DNA of 64,000 bases from Basidiobolus meristosporus CBS 931.73 (taxonomy: Eukaryota > Fungi > Basidiobolomycota), in the NCBI GenBank assembly GCA_002104905.1, contig MCFE01000021.1, positions 172,027 through 236,026 of the forward strand. The letters run 5' to 3'. Under the pieces are notes generated by a model. It did not search any database. It saw only the letters and a list, made by a program, of their open reading frames with translations, and had not been told where the DNA came from. Positions 25,601-39,211 of this stretch are shown here, one piece after another; the stretch's first letter is position 1, and the number at the start of each line of letters is the position of its first letter. The translations under genes were made by a program, and so were the position numbers.

Positions 25601-26073
25601 AAATGATAAAACTTTGACTTGTCCCATTTTAGGTCATCATTTTTCACCACATAGAGCATCTACATATTGAAAATCACTGTCCCTGAGCCTAATATCGACA
25701 CACAGTGAAGTTGTCTAAATAACTAAATAAAAATGGGCCAATTCTGCTCAAATAAAAAGCATTAGATAGCCCTGAGACCATATTGCACTATTACAATCCA
25801 ACAATCAGGCTTAGCTCATTATTCAAGCCTGTGCAAGAGATCAAAGATGAAGATTAGTATTTTGATCACTTCATTCTGATTTTTAGGCATACTATCAAAT
25901 AGGTATGCACTTTGGATTACAAGTTACTTGTTCAACTAAGTTGATCACAAATTCATATGCCACTGGATAATATATTAGTCCAGTATGCAAAATAGTTAAA
26001 TTTCATATGTTTCAATACAGATGGCACACTCTCAATAGGTATTTATTGCGTATGATAATTTGTTGAGTAACAG

Positions 26074-26421
26074 TGTTGTAGGTAATAAGTTGTCACCTAA
26101 ATACTCATGCTAACTTAGTCACATATATCTTGCTTTGTGAAATGCATTCTATCCTGACCAAATCACTTGTTGGGATTTACCAAGAGTATTTTCACCAAGT
26201 TATCAGGTACCCATATTATGACCTTTCTCAAAGTTGTCAAAGAGACTCCAAACTTTGCACACATATTCTTGGGACCTTTATCAACAAGTACTATATGTTT
26301 GTTTGCTCTACCTTATTAGAGTATAAATACCATGCTTTTGATCAATAAATCTACAAGTGAATCACATGTAAATCCTCAAGTCCTCCATATCACTTTCAAT
26401 ACTCATCAGAATATTGCAACA
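26074..26421 (+). repeat. Copia-type LTR (348 bp) related to family B LTR, followed by GGTT PBS-like remnant
   Basis: TGTTG...CAACA ends and colinear similarity to 22892-23240. Confidence 0.7.
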
Positions 26422-26449
26422 GGTTGACCAAGACCAAATTGAAGTAGAA

Positions 26450-26664
26450 ATATTTTAGGGAAGTTCCCAAGACCATGAGCACAAAGTTTGGGGCTGTCTG
26501 GACCACTCTAAGGTATCTCAAGCTCTGGGTACTTAATGGTATGTAAGAATATTCTGACTAAATCTTGACAAGGAAGTTGTGCAAGGTTCTCTAAGATTTG
26601 TAGACTATGACCTGAGTGATCAAGCTAGGTGAATATTTAGGTTTAATTACCAAAGTTTACAACA
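26450..26664 (-). repeat. Truncated inverted LTR of the same LTR group
   Basis: The reverse complement begins TGTTGTAAAC at 26664 and resembles the first two-thirds of 22892-23240. Confidence 0.65.
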
Positions 26665-27177
26665 TGCTGAACCACAAAAGCTCTAATCTTAATATCCATT
26701 AGGTACAGTACTTGTAATAATAAAGGCCCAGGATGCTTTCCATGGGGATTACCTGTATCAAGCTCTGTAGCCCAAGTTGGACAGCTCACTCAGCACACCA
26801 ACATTTATCACAATACCAAAACTTTGGCAATAAGTATTGCTCAGGTGCTTCAGCCAAATCATACAAGTGTCCAATTGATTTTGGGCAGTAGGTAACTCTC
26901 AAGTACCAACCAGTTCCAAATCCCCTAACTGCTTTGTATGACCCACTCATTCAGAGTCTATGGCTCATCTAAAGCCATTACACAAGCATAAGTCCATGTG
27001 ATTTGATCATCTTCATGGATCAGTTGGTGATTTAACTTTGAACCATTTCCAAAGCACCTGCTGCATTCAGATACTTCAAGCACCATTGAACCTGCCAACC
27101 ACAAACAAATCATCAGAAGCCAGTGATAGCAGGTTTAAGGATGGGCCTGGGACTTTGGGAACCGTTGACCTTGTATG

Positions 27178-27509
27178 TGTTGTAAGAGTCTTGGAGATAT
27201 TGGAAGTGATTGGGAGAACAAGTAGATTATGTGGTTTTCACTTAATGATTTATTGAATGTAAAAGTAGTATTTATACTTTTACCTGGTCTTGGCATTACA
27301 AACACGTAGAATAGGTTAAGGAAGGTCCCAAGAACATGTGTGCAAAGTTTGGGGCTGTTTGGACAACTTATCTAATTTTCATGTTCTGGGTAAATATTCT
27401 AAGTAAATCCCAACAAGGAATTTGGTCAGTATTCTCTAGGATATGAAGGTAATGATCTAAGTGACTAAGTTGGGTGAATATTTAGGTGGAAATACGAATT
27501 TTTACAACA
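27178..27509 (-). repeat. Solo copia LTR (family B) with 5-bp TSD GTATG
   Basis: Inverted homolog of 22892-23240. GTATG at 27173-27177 and 27510-27514. Confidence 0.9.
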
Positions 27510-30500
27510 GTATGGAGTCCGAGTATGCGAATATTTGAGGTGAGTTTGATGGGCTGAAGGGGACTCTGTATTATAGGATGAAATTAGAAAATGCCATACG
27601 ACTACACCGTAGGTAAGGGTCAAGAACTGTCACATGTGACAATACAAAACGACAAGTATGCTACCAACTCGCCCGGTCTGGAATTTGGACAATGCGGACT
27701 ACACCGTACCTTCATGCAAATACAGAAGGTAGAGTCGACCTTCTAGTAGAGCGCATCATTCGTATAGGCCCGTTATGTGCATCACTGTAAAAGGAATTAA
27801 GCGAAGTATCAGGCCATTAAAAGATGCCATAGTCCGTAGCCAATGTCAGCCTCCCTTTTGTTTGGTAGGATTTCGTAGCACCAACTGCTAGTGGGGGTGA
27901 CTTGACGACCTTCTGACATCCCAACACCTCCGCAAAACATCGGAACCATGACATCGAACCACAGATGACATTTAGTCAATTGACTGGTCACCACACTAAA
28001 CCACACGGAGAACTTGGCCGCCGGACTTCTATGGAGGCAGGGAGACTCCAGATGAGAAGCTCGCGCATTTCAGGAAACAATCATACCAATAATAGTCAGA
28101 GTGATCATGATTTTGGCTAGAGTTAAATCATTTAAGTTTGGACTGGATACAGGTATAATCAGAGTAATTGTATGGAAGGCCAATTGACCATGCTTCTAAG
28201 AAAGCTTGGTGAAACCATCCTGTTGCCCGATAGATTTCCCAACCAACGTCAGCGTCAAACCAACAGGCCGCATGTGAGATCGGGATGAAGGGACTACTTG
28301 GTGACCAATCGATAGTTCCAACCAAACCAACATTGGCATGGGTTTGTGTGGGCAATGTAGCCAAAACCACTAAATAAGCCGGGGTACATCAAGGCCATTG
28401 CTGGTCAAGCATTATGTCATCCCTAGATTCATTCGGCCGCTTTGCCGGGAACTTCTCTCCTTGATGTCAAGCACCAGATAGGATGAGCCAATCGCCCGAA
28501 TTGTAAGCAATTTCGAGTTGATTAGTAAGCCGAATTGCTGCTTCAGGAACAATCTGAACTTCCCAACTCCATCCACCAGCATGACTTCCATGACCGGATT
28601 TACCATCAACTAAGCTAAATATGAATTTAGGACACATCATAGAATCATCTTCTCCCATTCCACCAATGACACAGCTCGGGGCTGTGGCGATTGTTGGTAT
28701 GACCTGTATCAGAATACTATGTTGTCATGACCTTAATAGTGATTGTGTGTGGTAAGGAGAGAATTCACTGGCTACCGGTGGCATTGCTGCCAGATTAGGT
28801 AACACCTCATTCATTTGATGGTATTTGGTCGAGATCTCCGTTGTATGTTACTGGTCGACTAACAGGGTTGAATTAAACCTAACATACTGAAAATCCTCTC
28901 AAGACCCCATTATGGACAGTGTGGCAGAGAACTTTCGAGGGTGAGGGAGATCACCTCCTCTGGCAGGATTCGGCAAGGCCCACTGCTGGAATACGCTATG
29001 GGGGATGAGGAAGAGTAGTGCACCAAACCTAGGGCACCGTTAATATTCGATCGATGGATTGGATGCACACTAGCTGCTAGTTGACCAGTACAGCAATGGC
29101 CAACACCAGAGCCCTAATTTATAGTAACCCTATTGGAACCGATCCTTGCAAAGCTACGCACCCATTGCCCACCTCAGCGATCGCGGAGCGGGTTACAAGA
29201 CACAACCCCTGCGCATACTACCATGAGGCGCTGATGCATGAGCGACCGACGCACTTAGGGGCAATCGTCACCCCACGGGACTCCGCCATTTATCGAAAAC
29301 CAGCCGAGGGGAGAGCAACGGTGGCCATAGGGAATGTCGCGTGGTACCGCAATTGGCCACGCATTGCTTGATGCTACGAAGTATCCTGGAACATAAAGCT
29401 GCCGAATTCCCCGAGTTACCAAACTCGTGGTGGGACAGGCTTCTGAGGGAATTGGTGTTACTGGCTATATGCTTGAGGGTGTCCAATCCGTTGTGAGTGG
29501 ACAAAAGCTACACGTAGCATCGATTCGGAAGGATATCCTCTCCGCCCCTCTCAACGCCCCTCCAATCGAGCAGCTTGGGGTAAACGACACGTTGCCGTGC
29601 AGGCTGGGCGGATAACAGCAGTGCCTCATCCATGTCAGCGCACACTGCTGTGCTGTGATGTCAAGAGCAGAACCACCGGGAACATAAGCTGCAGCATGAC
29701 TGGCATGCAACTCCAACAATATGGGAGGCACATCATGATGATTTGTGCCAAGACTGGTCTGAATCCATTGGCCAGAGAAGCGGCCAATGACCACCCAACG
29801 CCAAGCGTACGGGCTGTTGGAGATGATGATGGATTACGAATCCATGAATGCTGGAGTCCCCTTTGATTCAGGCAAGGCACACTGCCAGTCCACATCGCGA
29901 GGGAAGCCTGACCTGCTGCGACAGGGTTACCTCGCCCATAGGGTCCCTTTTGTATCTGCAATGCATCATCGATGATGTAACATCTTCGATGAGATCGGCC
30001 TAGGGCTGTATATGTAAGTGATGGGAGTGTGTTCTGTTGAGATTTGTGAGACGATGCTGGGGGGTGAATTTGGTGCTAATGACACCGTGGCTGCCTTTTC
30101 GGTCGCCGTGGTCTTAATGAACTGTGTCGCACCAGCCTTACAATCTGAACTGCTGCTTCGGGAAACGAGCGATACTGTGTTTCATCCTGCCCGTATCGAA
30201 CAGCTCGGCTGTTGAGGCCGATCACGAGAGCTGCCCAATGCTGGTGCCATGATGCCAAGGGGGTCTTACGTGAGATGTCAGAATGGTATACAGCCCTATG
30301 TCAACGCTCGCAGCGATTTTAGCTTCAATCCTCCCGTTGATTCAGGATATTGCGCTTGTTACAGATCTACCCGACTCTGATCTGGTCCACCGCACGCCAT
30401 TGGGCAATCTAGCCGTGGATCAGTGTTTTGTCTATCACCAGCCTCTACAATCCACCAAAATTCCCTTGAAATGCTTGGATTTCGCCATGGTTCTTAAGTT

Positions 30501-30735
30501 ATTTTACGTAATTCCTTTTTAATATGATCATTTCACCATCCTAGGCTCCAATCTTTTAGCAGCCTCCCTTCCATCTCTTGACACACCAATTCCAGGCCCA
30601 CAGCTTCCCAACCATTCCGAGCCAACAATCCCCGTTTCTCTTGTCTTATTCATCTCCACAGCTGCCCGCACACTCGCCACTACTGCATCCAGTCCCTGCT
30701 CTATTCAACCCTCTCTTCGCAACCAACCAACTTCC

Positions 30736-33700
30736 ATGGAGACTCTTGATGTTCGAGAGGATCCAAAAGCGAACCGAGCTACGTACAAAACATACCTGCG
30801 CCGATTAGGAAGATGGTTCATTTACCCCAGAATATCCCCGGAAGTGAGCGCGGATGTGGCCATGAGGTATCTCCTGGTCAAAACCTTCTCGGTGGTGTTG
30901 CTGCTGACCACCTTGGTGTGGTGGTTGCAGTTCGGCACCACGCCCCAAACCCGGTACCTCCCCACCATGCCCATACTATGCGCCTCGATACCGGTCATAT
31001 TGCATCGCACAAAGTCCACCACCATTGCCGGGAGTCTGCTGCTGGCGTGCTTGATGTTCGTGAGCGCAGCCACCATCCAAGGCGAAGGGGGGTTTGTGGT
31101 GCTGGGTGCGGCTTGCAGCCACGTTTTTCCGCTACTGGCGGTCATGATCATCGGGCGAACCGCTGGGGTGGTCGTCGCCTTCCTGTGCATCCTAGAGAAC
31201 CTCTACTTCTACTGGAACCGCTCCCTTAGCCTGCAGGCCGTCCCTAGCGCCGCCAGTGAGAGGCAGGCTCTGCTTGTGTTGGTTGGCTACTCAGTCAACA
31301 TATTCTTCATATGCGCCCTCTCCATCCTGCACGACTTCAGCAAAACCCTGTGCACGGATGAGCTGGTGGACATATGCGAGCAGGCGTTGGACGCCTCGAG
31401 GGCTAAGTCCCGGTTTGTATCCCAAGTGTCCCACGAGCTTCGAACTCCACTGTCGGCAATCTTCGGGTGGACCGAGCTTCTCCTCACCGATTCCAAGGTG
31501 GGGGAGGAGTCGAGGGCCAGCATGAAGATGGTCCACACTGCATCTAGAAATTTACTTGCTATTTTGAACGACATTTTGGATGTAAGTAAGCTAGGTGCTG
31601 ATAAGATGGTCCTTTCTAAATCCGAGTTTGATCTCCATGAGTTAGCCGTAGACACATGTCACATTATGAGCGGGCTCTCGTCCAAGAAAGGTCTTGAGTT
31701 GTTGCTCGATTACCCACGTGGCATGCCCTGCCTTTTCCATGGCGATCCAGGTTTGTCTTCTTTCCTGCTCGATTGGCCGGCCCACGGTGCGCGCGTAGCA
31801 GTTCCTCGGTCACTAACCCGCCAGCGTCTTAGGTCGTATACGGCAGATCTTGAGTAACTTGGTCTCCAACGCAGTCAAGGTAATTCCCTCCCCCACCATG
31901 CTGTCGCTTCCATCCTAATGGCCGCCAACATCTAATGAACTTTCCACCACCAGTTCACCGAGAACGGGTACATTGAGGTATCGTTCAAAGTACAGACCGA
32001 GGATGTGGACACCACCCGGATCCTCTGTCTTGTGAAGGACACAGGTATGTCGGATCGATCCCACTGATACGTCGCATCGCGCTTTACTCACCGGCTGACT
32101 TCTAGGGATTGGAATTCCCCATGAGGTCCAGAACAAGCTCTTCAAGGAGTTCAGTCAGGTCAAAGGAAGGTTAGTGAATCTCGTCTAGCGTCATCAGACG
32201 TAACTTGTTTGTTGACAATCGCTGTTGTGTAGCAACTTCGGCTACAACACCAGGGTCCAATCTGGAACCGGGCTGGGGCTGTTTCTGGTAAGTTACGACG
32301 GAGCCGCCCACCTGATAATGCCGATCTAACGCCGCCCTTTCTTTTCTTAGGTCAAGCGACTGACGGAGTTGATGCAGGGAGAAGTGCTGATGCAATCCGA
32401 GCCTGGCCAAGGGTCTGTCTTCGGCTTTTCCATCCCTCTAGAAAAGCAGAAGAACGGGGAAGTGGAGAGCTCACATATCAACCCGCTCCCCACCACCACC
32501 CACTTCCTGCCCGCGTTTCTCAGCAACCCCAGTCCGCTCTACGATGCGGATAACGGCACCTCGTTGAGGCTTCACGACCGGAACTTTTTCATCTTCTCCA
32601 GAAGCAAATATTTCGAATCATTTCTGTACAAGCTTGTCCAGGATTCCTGGGGCGTGTCCTCGTGCCATTTGATGCTTGAGGAGCACAGTGAGGATACCAA
32701 CGAGCGATACATTACCGTGCCTAGCATGAAATCCATGTCGTTCTGTAGCAACGACTCGATCCTTCTGTTCGATCTCAGCCCTGGTCAAAAGCACCGTTCG
32801 CTGCAGGCGAAGGACGAAACGACTCCAGCGGAAGCGGCTGGAGTGGATGTTGAGGAATGGCTGGATATCATTTGTCGCTCATTAGTACGCAATCAGCCCG
32901 AGAAACCCCAAGTTGAGATGGTGGACCAGGGTGACACACAGGAGCAAACGGACAAGCCGACCCTGATTTTCTTCTACGCCTTCGGCCAAGCCAGCAAGGT
33001 GCACATTCCGATCCGTATCAAGCAGTACTACGATGTATCAATTTGCCGGAAGCCAGTTTCTGAGAGAGAGTTGATTGACCTCATATGCAACCTAAAGCAA
33101 GACGACCAGCAATGGATGGCCCCGTCCTATTCTGTACATAGCAAGCATCTCCCGGAGCGCCGACTCTCGGCCAGTAAACTTAAGCTTCCTACATCTGTTT
33201 TGGGGGGAGAGATAACATCCCCACCCAAGGAATTCACTTCCGAGGAGATTGCCACCTCTCCTGAAAGCCTGAATTTGATTAAAAATCTCGTGCCGTCGGA
33301 TGCCTTACCCGCCTCCCCGGTGGGGGAAAAGCGCGTCAGCATCTCGGATACAGTAGAGTATATAAGCCAGAAGCCACGATCCCCCTCGCTTAACGGGAGG
33401 AAACGCAGCCCTGGTAAGCCTGCAATCGCCAACAAGACTGTGGATTTGAAGCCGACGTCCGCCAAGACGAACATCGCTTTACCCAAGGTCTTGGTGGTGG
33501 ATGACAACTCCATCAACAGGTAGCCTCTAGCACTACAGTCACTGCCAAAGCGGCCTCTTCTCTGACCCACTCTTTCTAGAAAACTCGCCCAATTCCAGCT
33601 CAAGAAACTTGGGGTGGAACACATCGACATTGCCGCTGATGGGATGATTGCCTGCGAGATGCACAAGGAAAACAAATACAATCTGATTTTTATGGATTTA

Positions 33701-34153
33701 CAGGTAATTACCCTCCCCCTTCGTTATCGTCGCCATCACCGGCTCTCCTCTCCTATATTGGGTATTAACCTCGTATTGAATCAGATGCCACGTATGGACG
33801 GATACGAGGCTACTCGAGTCATTCGGCACATGGAGAATGAATGGCTTACAGCTGCATTGGCACCAGAAAGCGGCATGCAAATCGAACCTGGGTTCACAGG
33901 GTCAGGCAAAGAGAAGAAGCTTAATTCTAACGAGCGGGAGGACTCCGGGGTCAACCTTGCGGAAGTTATCTTCCCCAGACGGGCATTCATCATCGCACTA
34001 ACGGCAGATCAATCCCTTGACACCAACGAAGGGAGGCAGACGGCCTTGGATTATGGAATGGACGATGTTGCGGTCAAGCCGGTCACATTATCCGCACTCT
34101 CGGTGATGCTTGAGAAATGGTTTCCTAACACACCAGTCCCACAAACCTCTTAA
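30736..34153 (+). CDS. Membrane-anchored hybrid histidine kinase (about 977 aa, 8 exons)
   Basis: Exons 30736-31750, 31833-31879, 31954-32044, 32106-32169, 32233-32287, 32351-33519, 33580-33703, 33785-34153. All introns are GT-AG with consistent phases. About 5-6 N-terminal TM helices, H-box SQVSHELRTPL, N-box QILSNLVSNAVKFT, G1 VKDTGIGI, G2 GTGLGL, receiver VDDN...FMDLQMP...KP. Confidence 0.93.
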
Positions 34154-35165
34154 ATCTAGAATAGAATCCCTACGAGACCAATCCGCGATAGCACCTATCT
34201 CAACCCTCTCGAATCGAGAGCAGGCCGGAGATCTCCCCACCTCTCTCTGTCAGACAGTTTCATCCCATCCCATTCCTAAAGTCACTTATGTCCAATGCAT
34301 TTATTCCATTCATACCTCACCCACCCACCAAGAGATTTCCGAAAACTCCACTAGAATCGTCGTTCACCCCGCGCTTACCACTTACAGGAGACGAAAATCC
34401 GTATTTTGCTGGGTTCCCTCAAGGCAAAGTGAAGGCAGCAACCTTACCTTGTACAGATTCGCTACTTGAACATTTTTTTTATTTCACTTCCATTCTAACT
34501 GTGTACCAGGGACGTACCACGTAATAAATTCGCATGTCAATAGCAGCCAACCTCCCAATCTCTCGGACGGGAGAACCCTGAAAGTATCATCGGAACAACA
34601 CTGCCACCCCTCCCCAGTCCAGGTACCTCACTGAACACAAGCAAGCACGTACGTACCGTCCCCCCCCACCCGCTGATGCGTGGGCCTGGTGAAACCGTAT
34701 ATCATAGTCCACTCTATCCAGAAGAATGTGGAGGAAAAGCCCAAGTGACACTTGGAGATAGTGGTTGAATCCAGATTCTTGGGTATCTCTATACTACTCG
34801 AACACACGTGGTTTTTGGCCTGAACCAACCCCAGCCTTCAAGGGACACAGAGCATTTACGGGTGAATTTGGGAAGGGGGGCGAGGGCGAGGGCGAGGGCG
34901 AATTGGGGCAGAAGGATTGAGTGGGAGCAAAATTAATCCATAAAACAATTAAGCAGGGGTATGTATAAGGTGATGGAGTGGTAGCGGGAGGGGAGTTGGA
35001 AGATGGGAGAATGCTAGATTTTGTCTGGGGCGTTAGCATCGACATCATTCCGAATTATGTTGGCCCTGACGGAACTCTCCTCCCCCCCTTTCAGGGAATT
35101 CCAGGCGCTGGACCAAATGACTCGTCAGGTACACGGCAAGTAGGGAGGGAGGTAGCAGGGGTAGG

Positions 35166-36518
35166 CTAATTTAAGGTAAACCAGAGTAGGCGATCCTGTC
35201 GAACGTGGCCCACCTGATTCTGAAACGGCAACACGGCCTCGAACCGCAGGCCGCTCTCGCTCAGCATCACCTCCGGGATAGCGGTGCAGGCACCTAGCTT
35301 GGGCCCGGTGATTTTTAGCTCGTCAAGGTTTGCGGTGTATCTCCCCTGCTCTCTGAAGTGCTCTTGCTGGGCTCGATAAATCTGCATCAGCACAAACCGT
35401 GTGAGATACTGGGGATCCGGTTTGGGCGGGGTCGCCACCTCTTCCCGAGAAAACTCCACCTGACCCCACCATTCTGGGTTGTGCGCGTCTTCGGTGTACT
35501 GCGGGGTCCAGGTAGACTTGAAAGGAGAGGTCGGGAGCAGGTTGTCCAGCAGAGAGAGTAGGTAGCGTTTCTCCTTCTTCTTGCTTTTCTTGGAGGATTT
35601 CTTGTGGGCGGAGACGTTCTCTGGTGGCCATCCAGACCTGAAAGAATTGAGGGAACGGTGAGCGGTGGGGTTGCGAAGGGAAGGCAGCGAACTAACCTCA
35701 TGAACTGGAAGTTGGAGTATTCGGAACTTTGGCCATCCCCCCGTTTTCGGAGGTTCCTCCGGAACTTCTCGATAGGTATGGCCCACTCCACCGTCCAGAA
35801 GTTGGATGGGTTGATGAGAGAAGTGATCATGGTGGACGGGTCGGAGCTCAGCCCGACCAAGGTGCTATTGTAGATTTGACTACGGAACTGAGGGCCTATA
35901 TCCCAGCGCATGGGCTGGCCACCATCAGCGGGTGGTTTGCCGTACTCGAGAAACTGGGAGACGCCCAGCGGGTTGATCTGGATTCTTTTGTAGTTGTGGT
36001 TGGTCCGGTCGGTGTCCAGAAAGATCTCGAAGGTGTTGTCAACCAATGCTTTGTTATTCCAGAGAAGCGGTTAGGTTAATGATGGTCAGACTGGATGAAT
36101 CCCAAGGGAAGATGCATTACCTTCATTGCCGTGGGCCCGATCAGTCTTGGCGAAGATGAACGGGTCTGAGAGCCGTGCACCTACATAAAGATACTTGTCA
36201 TCCCATAGCATCTGCACGTGGCGTAAGAATACAGGGTCAGTGGGTTCAGCCTTGGGAAATGTTAGGGAAAAAGATTACTTTGGTTTTGGTCTGGGTGTCG
36301 GAAGAAACAAGGCCAGACAGTGGACCCAAAATATCCCCGAAGTCCTCGGTCCACGGGGCCTTCTGCCAGGCATCGTCGTCAAGATTCCCATCTATGGTGG
36401 GAGGGGAGCGGGTGAAGAGGATGGTGTATTGCTTCACGCCAGGGATGTCGCAGCCCTGGAGACCGTGGCTCACGGAGGAAAGGAAGGAAGAGGTCTGTAT
36501 CAGCGAAGGAAATTTCAT
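35166..36518 (-). CDS. Carbohydrate-binding family 9-like (CBM9/DOMON-like) protein (about 384 aa, 4 exons)
   Basis: Exons 36518-36279, 36211-36121, 36048-35697, 35637-35166 with consistent phases. Motifs PTIDGNLDDDAWQKAPW, KMLWDDKYLYVGA, DNTFEIFLD, WTVEWAIP, HNPEWWGQVEF. The start codon is less certain. Confidence 0.82.
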
Positions 36519-37829
36519 GAGATAAATCTCACGTTTCGGAAAAGCAAGCTTACTAGAATCCCAGCGAACGAATCGGTGGGGATTATAAAGGCCACAGTGA
36601 GATGCGCACTAGACTGGATGTGCCTATTAAGTTAGATGTCTTTGTTCAATCAGTAGGATCAAGGTACAGTACATTCATATGAGAGAAATCTTCGCTGCGG
36701 GTGCATGTAAGCCTAAATGGTACCTGGGGATTGAATCATGGACACCTAGACGGAGGCAAAGCGTAGGATCATGTCGCAATCATGAATAGTGCTAGGATCT
36801 CTCGAGGGTCACCTCGAAGGATCCGATCGACGGGCAAGCCAATAGGCCTGCTCCGAGAGCAAGGCGACCTAGTACTCGGACTTGGAGAGACATGCATCCC
36901 TGGTCCTCCTTATCCACAACCCACCGAATCCAACATCCCTGGATTGGATCGAGGAGAGGAGATACGTGATCTGGCCATGAAGCGAAGCGACGTGGCTTTC
37001 AGAATGACTCTGGCCGGAAGAAATCCCCGTCCGTCTGCATCCCACCTAGCCGATATCCCCTTAGCTAATGGCAGCCGGCTCGAGATCGGTGATCCCATAT
37101 AAGGAGAATTCCCTTGGGCATAAATCAATGCATGATGCACCAGACTAAGGCCTCTCATTAATGCATGCATTGATGGGCTGATCCATCCGGATCCGACCTC
37201 TTTCCGTCTTCAATCAGCTGTGGCCTCACAATGCTTAATTTAGCTCAGTGAAATTCGCCACACCTCCCCACATGCACTGTCTGTATGTTGTATGCCTACT
37301 CTGCCAATGGGTGGAATTCACAATCACGTCGCCCAACCAACCTTCAGCAAGTCGGTATCTTGCTTGCTCTAGCATGTTAGCGCTGGCCAGCACCGTAGCG
37401 CCCATTTCATTGGCTCTCCTCCCATGGGTGTGAGTTGCATTTGATCGATTTGGCCTCCGTGCTACTTCAAACAGGAATGATCTGGGAGCTCGATAATGCT
37501 CGATTCTTGGCGAAGCCACCACTTATCTGGCTGGTTCGGGCAATGTTGCTTCGAGCCGGTTCGAGAGAGTTGATGCAATTGGATCAGGCGACTGGGTGGC
37601 CAGTGGGCTCGTTTATACATCAAATTTATTGAAAACAAAACATTGTTGAAGAAAGGATCCAGAGTCGATATACACTCGTTAAAAAATAATCATCTTGTTT
37701 GTTAATGAGCATACACCTATGAGGTATTTGGTCTTTGGTCTCTGTGCGGTTTTAAATAATTGGCGAGTGCAGGGTAATGTAAAACTCCAGACTAGTTGAA
37801 TGCATTATAGGTTGGACTGCATGCAGCGC

Positions 37830-39211
37830 TTATTGGGAAGGTGCAAAGCCAACACGGTTCTTTCCAAGATCGTAAACGGAGTAGAAAGCACGGAGGAAAA
37901 CGTCGCCGATGATCCAGAGAGGACCAGCGGGAGCAGGGATATCCATGCCCATGAAGCCAGAAACACATTGGTTTTGGACCTTGAGAATGTATTGCTCAGC
38001 TTGAAGAGTGAATGGCTTGCCGTTGAAGGTCAAGGTCAAGCTGGGCAGGCTTGGTACCTTTTCGCAATCAAGGACATATTGTCCAGCAAAGTTCTTCTTG
38101 GCGCCAAGAAGGCTGTTGATCAAATCAGCCAAAGCAGATGGCACAACAAGTAGAGAGCTACCGGTATCGATGGCAGCACCGACGGGGTCCAAGCCAATGT
38201 CTTCATCACCGAAGGCCACAGCCTCCAATTTGATCTCCCAATAACCCTTACGAGTAACTGGAGACCAATGAATGTCTCCCTTATAGTGCTTAGGGTTGGT
38301 GCCACCCAGAACAAGCTCACCTCCCTCTTCGCCGTTCTCGGCGTCATTCAACCAGAAGGAGAAGACTGGCTTATCGATCAACTTACGATTGACCATGTGG
38401 TAGAATGGAGGAACAACACCCTTAACGGAAATGGTGTCATATCCCATTCCCATGATGCCATCGAAACGGCCAAAGGCGAAAGCAAGTCCAGGCTCCTTGA
38501 CAGACTCTCCGAAGTCGCATTTGTCGATGGAGATATCTCCGACCTTCACGACATCGTTGCTAATGATACCTTCCAAACTTCCGCTACCATATTGAATGGC
38601 AAATTGAGTACCATTGGCCTTGAAGGTAGAACTCTCATCGGAGTTGTAGCGTTGGTGGAAGAAACAAGCAATGGACGTGCAGTGAGTGGATGGGACCCAG
38701 AGGTTTGAGGAGCCTTTCAACAAGATTGTATCAATATATGTCTTGGAGAACACTGCATCAATACCGACTAACCTGTATCGAAGACAACCTTGAACACTTG
38801 AGCGGGAGTGCCGATGCTGACCTCACCATAATACTACGTTCCATATTGGGATTAGTGGGACGGATAGTGCTCGAACTGCAAGCATAACTACTCACCTGAG
38901 CGTTCATGAAGTTAGAGATTGGGACGCCATGCTTGGCTTTGCCAAATTCATCAACAGAGACGATCTGCTGTTCGTTTTGGGAAGCCATACCGAAGTATTT
39001 TTGGGCAGCATAGTGACCAGTTTGCGCATAACGAGAAAGTCTCTGCTCAGGAGTCTCGGAAACATGCTTGACCTTCACACTATAGGGCGCAAGAATGTAA
39101 GTATGGTGTGGTGAGAACACGAAGCGCAGCGAAGCATTACATAGTGGGGGCAGCGTCGGTGCCGACGGCAAGCAACGCGGTAGCAAAAAGGGTGATTGCC
39201 GATAGTTTCAT
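37830..39211 (-). CDS. PEP4: Vacuolar aspartic protease (proteinase A / saccharopepsin-like), about 399 aa, 4 exons
   Basis: Exons 39211-39141, 39079-38896, 38833-38773, 38713-37830. Signal peptide MKLSAITLFATALLAVG, NAQYYGE, catalytic FDTGSSNLW and IDTGSS, WIIGDVFLR, NRVGFA. Confidence 0.95.

Noticed and set aside
27515-30700. 3.2-kb CpG-normal region with many short ORFs (e.g. 28128-28658, 29268-29961)
   Set aside because: No recognisable domain, no consistent exon chain and no clear codon bias. It may be intergenic or a decayed gene, so I could not support a call.
34870-34900. (GAGGGC)n G-rich microsatellite between convergent genes
   Set aside because: Short simple repeat. G4 potential alone is not evidence of function.
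38268-38708. Long opposite-strand ORFs over PEP4, the LRR gene, PMC1 and the LINE copies
   Set aside because: These are shadow ORFs antisense to well-supported coding sequences with biased codon usage.
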